DNA of 46,387 nucleotides, the filler included, from Jimgerdemannia flammicorona (taxonomy: Eukaryota): the NCBI GenBank assembly GCA_003990765.1. It is 2 parts of 2 records of this genome, joined end to end, with 100 filler letters (N's around TTAATTAATTAA, not from the genome) between each part and the next. Parts side by side here need not be neighbours in the genome. Positions count along the whole stretch, not along the records: positions 23,245 to 46,387 come from RBNJ01001151.1; 1 more part is not named here. One strand, 5' to 3'. Shown here piece after piece: positions 36,029 to 46,387 of the stretch (within the stretch, counting starts at the first letter, position 1; the number at the start of each line of letters is the position of its first letter). The position numbers were made by a program, and so were the translations under genes. Under the pieces are notes generated by a model. The model ran no database searches, was not told the DNA's origin, and was given only the letters and a program-made list of their open reading frames with translations.

Positions 36029-36329
36029 GATTTTTTAAAACTATGTTATTTAAAGAAGTTTTACAAAAAAAAAAAAAAAAAAAAGTGGCAAGAGATAATA
36101 ATAAAGAAAGAATTTTGGGTTATATTTCAGCTTGCTTGTTGTGATTATTGTATATGATGGGTATTGAATAATTGAAAGGTTGTGGGAAGGTGAGCAAAAG
36201 AAAAATCTTTAAGCCTAGTACCCGAGTAATGTCAGAAGTTCACTTTGTCTGGTTTTGTTGCAGTATGCCCCATATTACTTTAGTAGTTACAAACCCCTCC
36301 TAGTCGACCACTCTCCCTCACCAACACAC

Positions 36330-39300
36330 AATGACCACCTTCACCCTGACTGCCACTATCCCACTCAACCACCTGCTCAAGTTTCTCTCCACCACTCAGG
36401 GCATTCAAAAGTGGGACAACTTGAAGACCTTGAGCAAGGAAGTGTGAGTATTGGTTCTGGGGGGAAAGTGACTGTCATATGTGTGGTCTTGTTATATGTT
36501 CGTTATCATCTCGATTGCCAATTCACGCAGCCACTCACGCAGCCACTTACACCACTCACCAGTCGATTTCCTAAAACCTTATCTTCCGTCTTGCCAAGCC
36601 ATCGAGAAGATTCATAAGGTCCTGCAGTTTACACAGGTGGTTTGTAATGCCACTTGCAGTGCCTACTACATGTGTCAAATATTATTCTGGGTGAGCCATT
36701 ACATGTTTTATTTTTATTTTATTTTATTGTCATTGGCAAGGTTACAAATGAACATTATTCATCTCGCTCCCCTTCTCAAATACCTCCATCAAGGTGGCTT
36801 CCGCAAGGTGGCCAACCAGAAGCAGATCAGCGACAGGTACCACAAGTTCTGGATGGCAGCCCTCAATCTTCTCGTTGCTCTACTGATTGCACAAGGTCAT
36901 CCTGCATGAAGGGTTTCTCAAGAGCGCATATCTCACTGTAAGGCAAGGATGCTCCACCCAGTGCGCAGATTAAAAGGCCGCTCAAAAAGTGAGTGAGCCT
37001 TTTTTTTTTTTTGTTTGTTTTTTGGGAATAGGTTAAGGTGTATAAGTAAATCGCTTTTTTCATTGAATTTGTTCTGGTTGTGCAGTCGTTAGTCACGTGA
37101 ACCCGCAAATCGGAATGTTTGAGCGATAAAATGAAATGTTATTCTCAATTCATTTCCCTTTCTGCATAATAATCAGCAGCGGGATGTGGCTTATCTATGA
37201 ACTAAAGCTAAGAATTTACTCGCACAAATCATATTTGCAGTCATGGAGATTAATATCTTTTGCATGGTTGATTGGCAATAGAACGCTTGAGGGAAAGCTG
37301 TCGTGGTAGCAGAGGCAAGAGTAAAAGGCGAAGAGGGTCAAGGGACTTGTGGAAAGATGAGGGAGGTTTAGTGGGATTTTCGGTATGGGTGGGAATTGCA
37401 TAGGAAGAATGAACAAGTACACTCCCGCTGATCCCGCCATCTAATTCTACTGCCAATACATTATTCTTATCATTCAGATTCTCGAAGATGAATATGAGAA
37501 GCTCACTCAGCCGCCTCTCCCTGCAGCCTCCTTCAGCTCAGCCATACACAACATATACGAGTCTGTGTTGTTCGATTGGAAGGAAGAGGAGGAGAACGAG
37601 GATAGGGCTGAGGATATGGCGAGTGAGCTGAAGGCTAATCAGAGGGAATTTGGAGTAGGTACGTGTTCTGATGACTATGTATCGAAGCATTCATGAGGAT
37701 CATTCATGTCGCACAGAATCATAAACTCATCTCCCGCTACCATTTCGACAGATAACATGATCACCCAAAATCGTACATAGCAAGTCTCTAACTTCGAAAC
37801 CCGTCTCATGCTCTCCCATCATCGCACCATGAACGGTGGCATTGGAGTAAGTGCCTGCACCTTCAGTAGCTTCAGTGCTGTCAGTAATCTCTACCGGCAA
37901 TCCTCTTTCACACTCTCCTCTTCTATACTCTCATCCACACACATGAATATCATGCTGCTTCGCTGGTAATCTCAGCTGCGGTATCACAAGCGCATGCCTC
38001 CTATGTGATTCGTCATCTGGCGTCTACGCAATTACTGAAGTTGATCACAAATTTCAAAGCAATCCTGGTAAGCACATCGAATAGCTTGCTGACGAAAGCA
38101 ATGACGCCCATAATGCTCGCAAAGCCAGCAAACTTTGTCAATGCCCACATCATACTGCAGGATTGCTGCAAGGAGGTGTTGGCCAAGCATGCGAGCAGTG
38201 AGAATTCCAACTTGGGAGCAGGAATATTTAGTATAAGTGTGAACAGCAGGTTCAGGACAGGGTTCGGGACCCATGATAGACATGAGCCAGCTTAGTAGCA
38301 AGATGTCGGCAGCGGACGTGGCTGTATCATTCTGACCATATTTGATGTCAAGCATTGCGTGACCCTCCTGGCGTATTATGGTAGGCCCAGGCAGGAGGTC
38401 GACGACCTCATCAAGCAGCTCATTGAGGCCGTGCACTTGGTTCTAAGGCTGAGCAGGTGGATATTTGTAGAATTTATATGAAGGCGGTTAAAGAGGTTTG
38501 TATTCGTTATCATTCTTGGGTCAGTTGAAGGTGTTTATTTAGGAAGAAGAAAATTACTCGGTTTTGATTCTCAATCCCAATCCTATACTTCCCTACAGGT
38601 CTTCGAGCTCTACATGGATGGTCGTTGCACTCCGGTCAGCCTGACACTCAAAGCTAGTGATGGCGCTGGCGCAATGGCCTTGCGAGTCTCCACAGCACAT
38701 CATAGATATGCACCATGACTGCATCACATATGCCATGTCCAAGGCCGCCAGCTACCAGCTCCTCAGCAACCGTAACGCTAGGGCCACGATTGTCTGCTTT
38801 TTTAAGATTCTCTCGCGGGGCAGAGGGATATGGGAAGAATGTAAGTGTTGGTATTATTTTGTTTGAGAATTGGGGGAGGCGGTACCTTGGTGTGCATGAG
38901 ATGGGTTTGAGGATTGAGCTATTGATAGGTGCTTGGTATTGATAGTGGGTGAGTTCTCCGGGATTGGTATGTTGGGTTTGTTTTGGATTTAACGTTATTT
39001 GTTCATCTTTTTATCATTGGTCGAAGCATCTCAGGGGTGCTATCCAAGAACATATGATTGATATTTCAGAGGGGTCAAAGGACTGGGAGGTACCTACAAG
39101 ACTTGGAGAAGATCATTATAATTTGGTAAAGATCTCCTTATATTTCCCTCCTTGATATCATGTTTACATCCATGATCATACCATTCATTCCCAATTATTT
39201 TAGAATGATGAGACTGGTGCGGCGACGCTGACCCGTGCCAAGGGTAATACTATAGCCGTTCATGACCTGGGGATCCACGTGGCACCCGGGCAGCAGCCGC

Positions 39301-39700
39301 CCTTGGATGATGATGAACGGTTGTCGATAACTGCCGCACAAGTGGCTTGCATCCGACAGATCTTGCAGACTCAGGCACGAGGAAGTATATGGCTGGCGAG
39401 GGCCCATAAGGAAAAGGAAGGTTGAAGTGCATCTAGTTCGGCAGAGGGCTCGTCGGAGGAGGAGGAGGCTGGCCAGATCGGTGAAGGTGGAGCAAGAAGG
39501 AGAGCCAGCTGGACAATATGCGGGAGTCGCAGTCACCAAATTTAGTGTCTGCAACTCGGCATACCAAGAAGTGCAAGCTGCCAGACTTAGAGGTTGCCAG
39601 CGATAACAAAGAGGGGAAGGGAATATCTGATGCCGAGAGTTCGTTGCCGGATGTGATGTGGGTCATTAGGAAGCCGAATGAGGTCAGAGCCATGACTGAG
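36330..39700 (+). pseudogene. decayed multi-exon fungal gene of unknown function
   Basis: ATG 36330, GTGAGT/GTGAGC/GTACGT/GTAAGT donors and coding-like segments interrupted by stops; no recognisable domain; boundaries uncertain. Confidence 0.35.
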
Positions 39701-40438
39701 AAGACAAGTGAATGAAAAATAGCATGAGAGAAAATGGGAAAGTACAAGGAGAGAGAGTATGACGAGTTTTCAGAGTTTGGGGAAGGGGGAGAGGAGCAAG
39801 AAGAGGGCGAAGAGGTGAATGGATGGTGTTCACGTGTACAAAAGTGGTTTTTATCTGTTGGTATCTAACCTCAATATTTTCTCTTTCCTTTTTTGTTTTT
39901 TATTTTTTCTGGTACCTGTCCTGTCGAGGAAGCACAGCTCAGGATCTGATGCTTTGATAAGATGTCATATTCGACATCTTTGATTTCCCCACCTCCATCA
40001 TCACATTGCAATCTCTGATGAGGTACAGTGGAGTATTTAGAGGAGAAGACTAGGAAAAAAAAAAAAATATGCACTCCAGTCAACAATCTACAAATAAATC
40101 GATTTTGGACATTATATGAATACAAACAGAAATGTGATGACTATTCGACTCATATAACTAGAATTTACACAAGATTCATATATCAAAATATCACCAAGAA
40201 ATGACTGCCTGCAGAATGACAATCACCCCCAAATGACAATTACGCACCGAACCACGAAGTTTCCTTCATCCAGATCCCGTCCCGATGGAGACAATCCTGT
40301 CCTGTTCGGAACCCTGTGCAGTTGCATATTCCACCTCACCACGATTCCATTACCATCCATCTCATCCAAAAACTCATTTATGATTATGCAAGTGGCACAT
40401 GTCACATATCATAGATAGGTTGACCCCGAGTGCTTGTG

Positions 40439-40515
40439 GATGTCCAGTTTAGAGGATGCTGCATGATGTCCAGTTTTAGAGGATGCTGCATGATGTCCAG
40501 TTTAGAGGATGCTGC
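40439..40515. repeat. 26-27-bp tandem repeat x3 just upstream of LINE copy 2
   Basis: GATGTCCAGTTT(T)AGAGGATGCTGCAT at 40439, 40465 and 40492. Confidence 0.9.
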
Positions 40516-40601
40516 TTGACACCTTTCTCCGGTAACATTCAGGTTACACAACCCTTTGGCAACACTTTCGACACAGTTTCTGGAGAAAAGCTACTAGTAT
40601 T

Positions 40602-42631
40602 ATGGCAACCAATGAGCATCTGGAGGTGCGTACTGGGCAGGGTGGCCCTGGAGCTTTTGACTGGCAGCAAGTGGGGAGAGGCCCCGGCTTGGGGGGAAGT
40701 ATGAGAGGCCTGCTGGCGGGGGGCCGTGGTGGAAGAGGGGGTGGAGCGGGAGGTCAAGGGTCCGGCAGAGTGAGCTTTGTGGAGAAGGTGAAGGGGGGTC
40801 AACAGAGAGCTAGACTGGAGAGCTGGCTGAGAGGGGGGAAGGTACCAGTGGCGGCTTCCAGGCAGCAACCACTTGGAGGTGCCTCTCTGGAGGGCTATAG
40901 GAGTGGAGCTGGGGGGGTAGCGGCTGGGGCGGAGACTGCTGATGGGGGTGTGATGGGTGATCTGGAAAAAAATCTAGATGGGACTGCTGATGGTGAGCCG
41001 AGCAGTGGGAAGGGCACAAGGCCTGGGGACCTGGCAGATGGTGTAATGGAACTGGTGGTGGCTCCGTTACTCAAGAAGTCGATCTCAGCATTTGCAGTCA
41101 CGCTGTGCTTCAGAGGCTTAGCAGTGATGGCAAAAATGGTGTTGGGGCTTATCGCTAAGCAGGTGGCAGGAGCGGCTTTGGTGAAGTTTCTAAAGGGACT
41201 GGAGGGGGTGGAGGTGGGATTTGAGGAGGTGGAACCACTGGAGGAGGCGCTGAAGGTTGGGTTAGTGGTTGGGGAGGTGTATGTTCCGATGGTGAGATGT
41301 TTGAAATGAGATCCGAGGGTGGTCCAACTGCTGGTGAAAGGAGTACCCATGGTGATGGTGATGGAGATAAGGAAGAGAGTGGAGGATGTCATGGCGGAGT
41401 ATGGCGAGGTGGTGGATATCGGATTCAGGGTCTGGGAAGGGACCGCGCTCAGGACTGGGGATATAGATGTGAGGATTCGGCTAGCTGGGAAAGAGGCTCT
41501 GGGAAGACAAGGGACTGGCCTTCGGTGTTGGTCTGGGGGGCTTTTCTATGCAAGGTGACGTAGGTGAAAGGGAGTGAAGAAGAGGAGGAAGATTTATTAG
41601 AAGCGCTGGAGGAGTTGGATGGGGCTGTGGAACGGCGAGCTAAGGCCTGGAAGACTTTCGAGGAGTCGACACTCCTGGAGGTGGTGGATGGAAAGAGGAT
41701 TCGAGTGGACAAGGTGCAGTGGGAAAGGGCTCAAGGGCGGAAGAGGCAGAAGGATTTGCTGGCCAAGCTGGGGGGTGGTCATCAGAAGGATGCGAGCAGG
41801 AAGACGGGTACAGAAGGGGCCGGAGCGAGTGTCTGGGCTGGTGAGAGGAGTGGGAACGAAGGGGCAGGGTCCGGAAAGGCTAAGGAGGTGGAGATTAGAG
41901 ACTTATATGCTAACAGTACCTTGGAGATTTGGGACGCCAGCTGGGAGAACTCCCCCACCCCTTCCCCTCTAATCAGGCATGGCCCGGCTTCCAGGAACAA
42001 GCCTGGGGAGGACGTGACGATGCTGGGAACCCAGCAGGTGAAATTCAGCATTCCGGAGGTGTTGGATGGAGACCAAGTGGGGGCAGCAGGGGAGGAGGAA
42101 CTGGTAGATGTCCTGGAGGTGTGGGATGAGGATGCAAGTACGGGAGTGGACACCATGATGCTGGATGGAGGGAGGCCGGCGACCCCGGGTGGTAAGGAGG
42201 TGGGGAACCTACTTTGGATGTGCCGGATGATGAATAACCTGGTGGCAGATGAGCTGGGGGAGGTGGACTTGTGTGGGATGGGTGATGAGCACTGGACGAG
42301 AATTTTGCAGGGGGAAGGAGTGGCGATGGCACTGAAGGCGGAAATTCTCGCGGTGTACCTGGCGGAGGAAGGGTATGAGGTGGATAAGGAGAGGGAGGCA
42401 GAGTTGGCAGTGGTCGCAGGGGAGAAGGCTGAATACTGTTGGAACAGGCGTCATGGGCTGCAACTTTGGCAGGAGGCTTGTATCGAGTATCATGAGGAGT
42501 TTGAGGAGAAGGCTGATGAGGAGATGAATGAGCTGTTAGCTGGACTGGAGGCTCAGAGGGCCGAAGAGGAGGAGGTGATGGCTGAACATAATCTGGACAC
42601 GGCATGGGAGGAGAGGGGTATGGAGCAGTAG
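40602..42631 (+). pseudogene. LINE ORF1
   Basis: MATNEHLEV... Gly/Arg-rich N-terminus, RRM-like middle, acidic coiled C-terminus; stops and a frameshift. Confidence 0.85.
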
Positions 42632-42661
42632 GGATTGATCGAGAACAAACCGTATTTCATT

Positions 42662-45600
42662 ATGAACAGTACAACCAACATTTTTTCTTTGAACGTGAAT
42701 GGGCTTAGGGGCGCAGCTAGATGCAGGAACATTTTTCTTTGGTTGAAGGGATTGGAGGCCGATCTCTTCCTCTTGCAGGATGTCAGGTGCGAGGATGATG
42801 CTGATAGGATGGAATGGACTAAGGAATGGGGTGGCATGGCGATTTGGAACAGCAAGGTTGGGATTCTGGTTTGGAAAGGCAGAGGGGAGATAAAGGATGT
42901 GAGGAGCTGGGGGGAGAGACTGGTCTGGGGTGAGTGGATTCGAGCAGGTTGGGAGCCAGTCACAGTTGGCTCCTGTTACTGCCCTGCGGTGCGGGGGGAG
43001 TATGTGGAATGGGTGAAAGGGCTACTGGAGAGTGGGATCCTTGCTGAAGCTGGGTTGGATATGCTTGGAGGAGATTTCAATATGGTTCGGGATGTACAAC
43101 TGGATAGAACTGATGGAGGACAGGGTGCGGAGAGCAGGAGTGGGGGGTTAGCGACATGGGAGGAGGTTGAAAGACTAGGAGTACTGGTGGATGCTGATAG
43201 GGAGCACTGGGGGGACAGGAGAGTATATATGCATTGGGCTGGAGGTCTGGGGACAAGGATTGACTAGATTCTGACAGCCGACTGTTGGGGCCACGATGTC
43301 TGGAAGGTGTTAGAGGTTGAATGGTGCCTGTGGTCAGATCACTAGGGTCTCTTGGGACAGGGGTTTTTTGGGGGAAGTAGGGATGGGCCTGGACATTGGC
43401 ACCTGAATTCCTCCCTGTTGGATGATGAGGTCTGGTGGGAGGAGTGGGCGAAAGACATTCAGCTAAAGGTGGCGAATTGGCAGCAGGAAGGGGCAGTGAT
43501 TGGGGTTCGGTGGATGAGGATGAAAGAGATGGCCCGGATGTATTGGAGCGAGGTTGGCAGAGTGGCTGGGAAGCAGCGAAGGCAGAAAGTGCATTGGGCT
43601 TCTACTAGGTTGGCTAGACTCCTGGAGGAATGGGCAAGACTGGCTGCAGGAGAGGGAGAAGAGGATTGGAGAATTACGAGGGTGAGGATGGAGGTTGGGG
43701 AACTGCAACAGGTGCTGCAGGAAGAGGAAGAGTCAAGGGTGCAAGGCCTGGTGGCTCGGCTTCATTGGCAGGGGGTGGAGGAAGGGGAGAGGCCTTCCAA
43801 GTTTCTCATGAGGACACTTCGGGCGAGAAGGGTACAGCAGCGGTGGGAAGGGATACTTGACTCAGATGATGTACTAGTGCATGGTGTACAGGACATCCTT
43901 GGAACGCTGAAGGCGTGATGGAGTGGATTGTGGAGTGAGGAGGAGGGTGGGGCAGATGCTACAGCCATTGACCAAACATTAGAAGATTGGCACCCACCGC
44001 AGGCTGAGGGATTAGGTGATCTGGTGGTACCAGTAAAGGAGGATGAGATCCACCAGGTTCTTGCCGTGACAGCCTCGGGTATGGCGCCTGGGGAGGATGG
44101 CCTCCCCTGGGATTTCTGGAAGCGAATGGTTGGAGTCCCGGGTATATTGAGGGAGTTGACAGCACTGTGTGACTCTATATTACAGTCAGGGAGATGGGTG
44201 GGGGAGCAAGACCTTGGGCTGGTGATGCTGCTCTATAAGAACAAGGGAAGGCGAGAGGATTGGAGGAACTGGTGGCCGATAATGCTGTTAGATATGGATA
44301 GGAAGTTGGTGACTAAGGTGGTGGTGGCAAGGCTACAGAAGGTGGCCCAGCAGATTATGGGTGTTGAACAGAGGGGCTTCATCAGGGGTTGGCTCATTAG
44401 AGATGGCACGGCCTGGGTGCATGGAGTTATTGAAGGTGCTCGAGCCTGTGGACTAGATGGGTGTCTTATCTTCTTGGATCAGGAGAAGGCTTATGACCGG
44501 GTATGGCGGGTTTGGCTGGCGAAAGTTTTGGATAGAATTGGAGTCCCGGCCACATTTCGGTCGGCGATGGTCAGCCTACTGGAAAGGAGTAGGGCTGCAC
44601 TGGTGTGCAATGGACATTGAGGGGTGGCTTTTCCTCTGGGCAGGGGAGTGCCCCAGGGGGATCCACTGTCCCCCATTTTGTATGCTCTTTCTTTGGAACC
44701 CCTCATGGACAGGATTCAGCAGAGGATCGTGGGGCTATCTATCTATGGAGTTGGCTGGAAGGTTGGAGCCTTTGCGGATGACATGGTGGTTGGTTTGGGG
44801 GTGACTATGGATGTCGAGGAGCTCCAGAAGACAGTGGAGTGGTATGAGGCAAACTCTGGGGCAAAGCTGAATTGGCACAAGTATGAGACAATGGTGCTGG
44901 GCAATGGCTTAGTGGGTGGGGAAGTTATTGGAACAATTGTCCCCACCGGAGAGGCAGTGCGGTACTTGGGCATCTATCTGTCGGTCTATGGGTCTGTTTT
45001 GCCCAGACTGTGGTGGGAGCAGAGGATTGGAATTTGGGAGGAAGACCTGTGGGGTTGGGGAGGTAGACACTTCTCTCTGGCAGGAAGGATCTCGATTTTG
45101 AATGTTTACTGGCTGCCAAAGCTGTGGTATTTGGCCTATCATCTGGACTTCCCAGCCTGGGTGGTGAAGAGATTGGTGAAGGTGGCCAAGGGATGGATAT
45201 GGGCTTGCAGACGGAGTCAGATTGGCTGGGAGACTCTGTCCCTACCAGTGACAAGAGGTGGTCTTGGGCTGGTGGACTTCCCCAAAAGACTACACTGCTT
45301 GCAGGTGTGGTGGCTGAGGAGGGCGGTGGAGTTGTGTGGAGGGGGCTGGGTCCCCTTGCTGCAGAAGATATGGGAGGGGAGGACATCACCTAGAGGCTTG
45401 ACTGGCGATCTTCTTTCATTGGTTGGGCTTCAGAATACTGCGCAACTGAGATATAAAGGCTTCTGGTGGGGTATAGCTGAGGGGGCACACCGCATTGGTA
45501 TTTGCTGGCAAGGGGATGAGGGGGAGAGGGCTTGGGGCCCGGCGATGTGAAGGTGGGATTGTATTCTTCTAGGGGGCGTGCCTTTACTGGAGTTCAACAT

Positions 45601-46318
45601 TAGTGATGGCGTTGAATGCCAAAGGGGACTGGGCCAGGATCTGTGGCCTAGCGGGTGGCAAGGAGTTGGAATTGGTGAGGAGTGGGACTGGCATGGGGTT
45701 TGGACCTGGAGTGCCGCGGTGAAAAATTGGATGCTGCCGAAGTACTGGATAGTCTGATGGCGTGTGCTGAGGAGGAATGTGATGCTTAACTTCCGCTCAG
45801 GACACCTTGTGGTTGGAGGCTGTTTTGACTGCAAGGAATGCCATAATGTAGGGCAGGAAGGGGGATTGGTACAGACGCCAGAACATTGGCTAGGGGAGTG
45901 TGAGGTGTTGGGAGACTTTTGGCAGGCCATTGGGGACCGCTTGGGGGTAAGGCGTAGGGGTGATGATGTAAGGGAGAGGTGGGAGGACCTGAGAGATCGA
46001 TTGATAGGAGGGGTAGGGGAAGAGTGGATTACGTTAGGCTGGGCATTAGCTATTTGGGTTGGGCTGGCCGGACACTGGCTATTTGTATTTGAGGAGGAGA
46101 AGCAACAGGGCTTAGAGAGCAGGTTAGCAAGGTGGCAGTTCCTTATGGAGGATACCTTGATGGGATGGTGGCTTGGCTGGGGGCTGCAGGGGGGTCAGAG
46201 GCGCCGCTTAGTGGTGAAAATCTGTGGTCAGAGTGGTGGGAGAGTTGGAGTTGTTGGTGAGAGAGTGGTCTTTATATGTGAGGAGGTAGGGTGGGGCCCC
46301 CCGATGGGGATTGGTTAG
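42662..46318 (+). pseudogene. LINE ORF2 (APE-RT)
   Basis: FSLNVNGL, GGDFN, SDH, GVPQGDPLSP, FADD, CFDC..EHWLGEC; several in-frame stops. Confidence 0.95.
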
Positions 46319-46387
46319 TGGGTGGTTATATTGTATACTTATTCATAGACTGGTAATAAAGATGGAGTCCAAGAGACTATAAAAAAA

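Larger units (their letters stand above)
40530..46387 (+). mobile_element. L1/Tx1-like LINE, copy 2, apparently full length
   Basis: Short 5' UTR, ORF1, ORF2, AATAAA at ~46355 and start of poly(A) at the window end; highly similar to copy 1; 5' boundary approximate. Confidence 0.95.

Noticed and set aside
36065..36084. A20 as the tail of a LINE-mediated retrocopy of the Sola/code-4 block
   Set aside because: No matching TSD found near 32000-32100; A-runs are common in this window.
17505..46387. Two inverted LINE copies bracketing ~17 kb of genes, like a composite element
   Set aside because: The arrangement spans the artificial linker, so orientation and distance are not established.

Overview
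Eukaryotic, repeat-rich fungal DNA. The gene families, short spliceosomal introns and TE content suggest Mucoromycota (inference). The window is two ~23.1-kb pieces joined by an artificial N44-TTAATTAATTAA-N44 linker (23145-23244), so adjacency across that point is not real evidence. LEFT half, a nest of decayed TEs: a hAT transposase relic carries a Ty3/Gypsy LTR element (1245-17432, minus strand, ~1.4-kb LTRs, 4-bp TSD, dUTPase between protease and RT). Its 3' LTR is interrupted by a complete Ngaro-type tyrosine-recombinase retrotransposon (2643-8353, A1..B1-A2-B2 repeats, with a 9-copy 21-bp repeat/spacer array). An L1/Tx1-like LINE follows. RIGHT half: an intron-rich beta-propeller-like + TRP-like channel gene, a putative PD-(D/E)XK-fold gene, a decayed Sola-like transposase, a decayed multi-exon gene, and a second copy of the same LINE family. 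Most striking is 36028-34363 (minus), which the standard-code ORF track almost entirely misses. It reads as one intronless ~550-codon gene if UGA=Trp (about 20 in-frame TGA vs 2 TGG). It has Cys motifs, tandem HIT-like domains, a coiled coil and a C-terminal membrane anchor. It is best explained as a Mollicute (Mycoplasma-related endobacterium) gene integrated into the fungal nuclear genome, tail-to-tail with the Sola-like transposase and now decaying.
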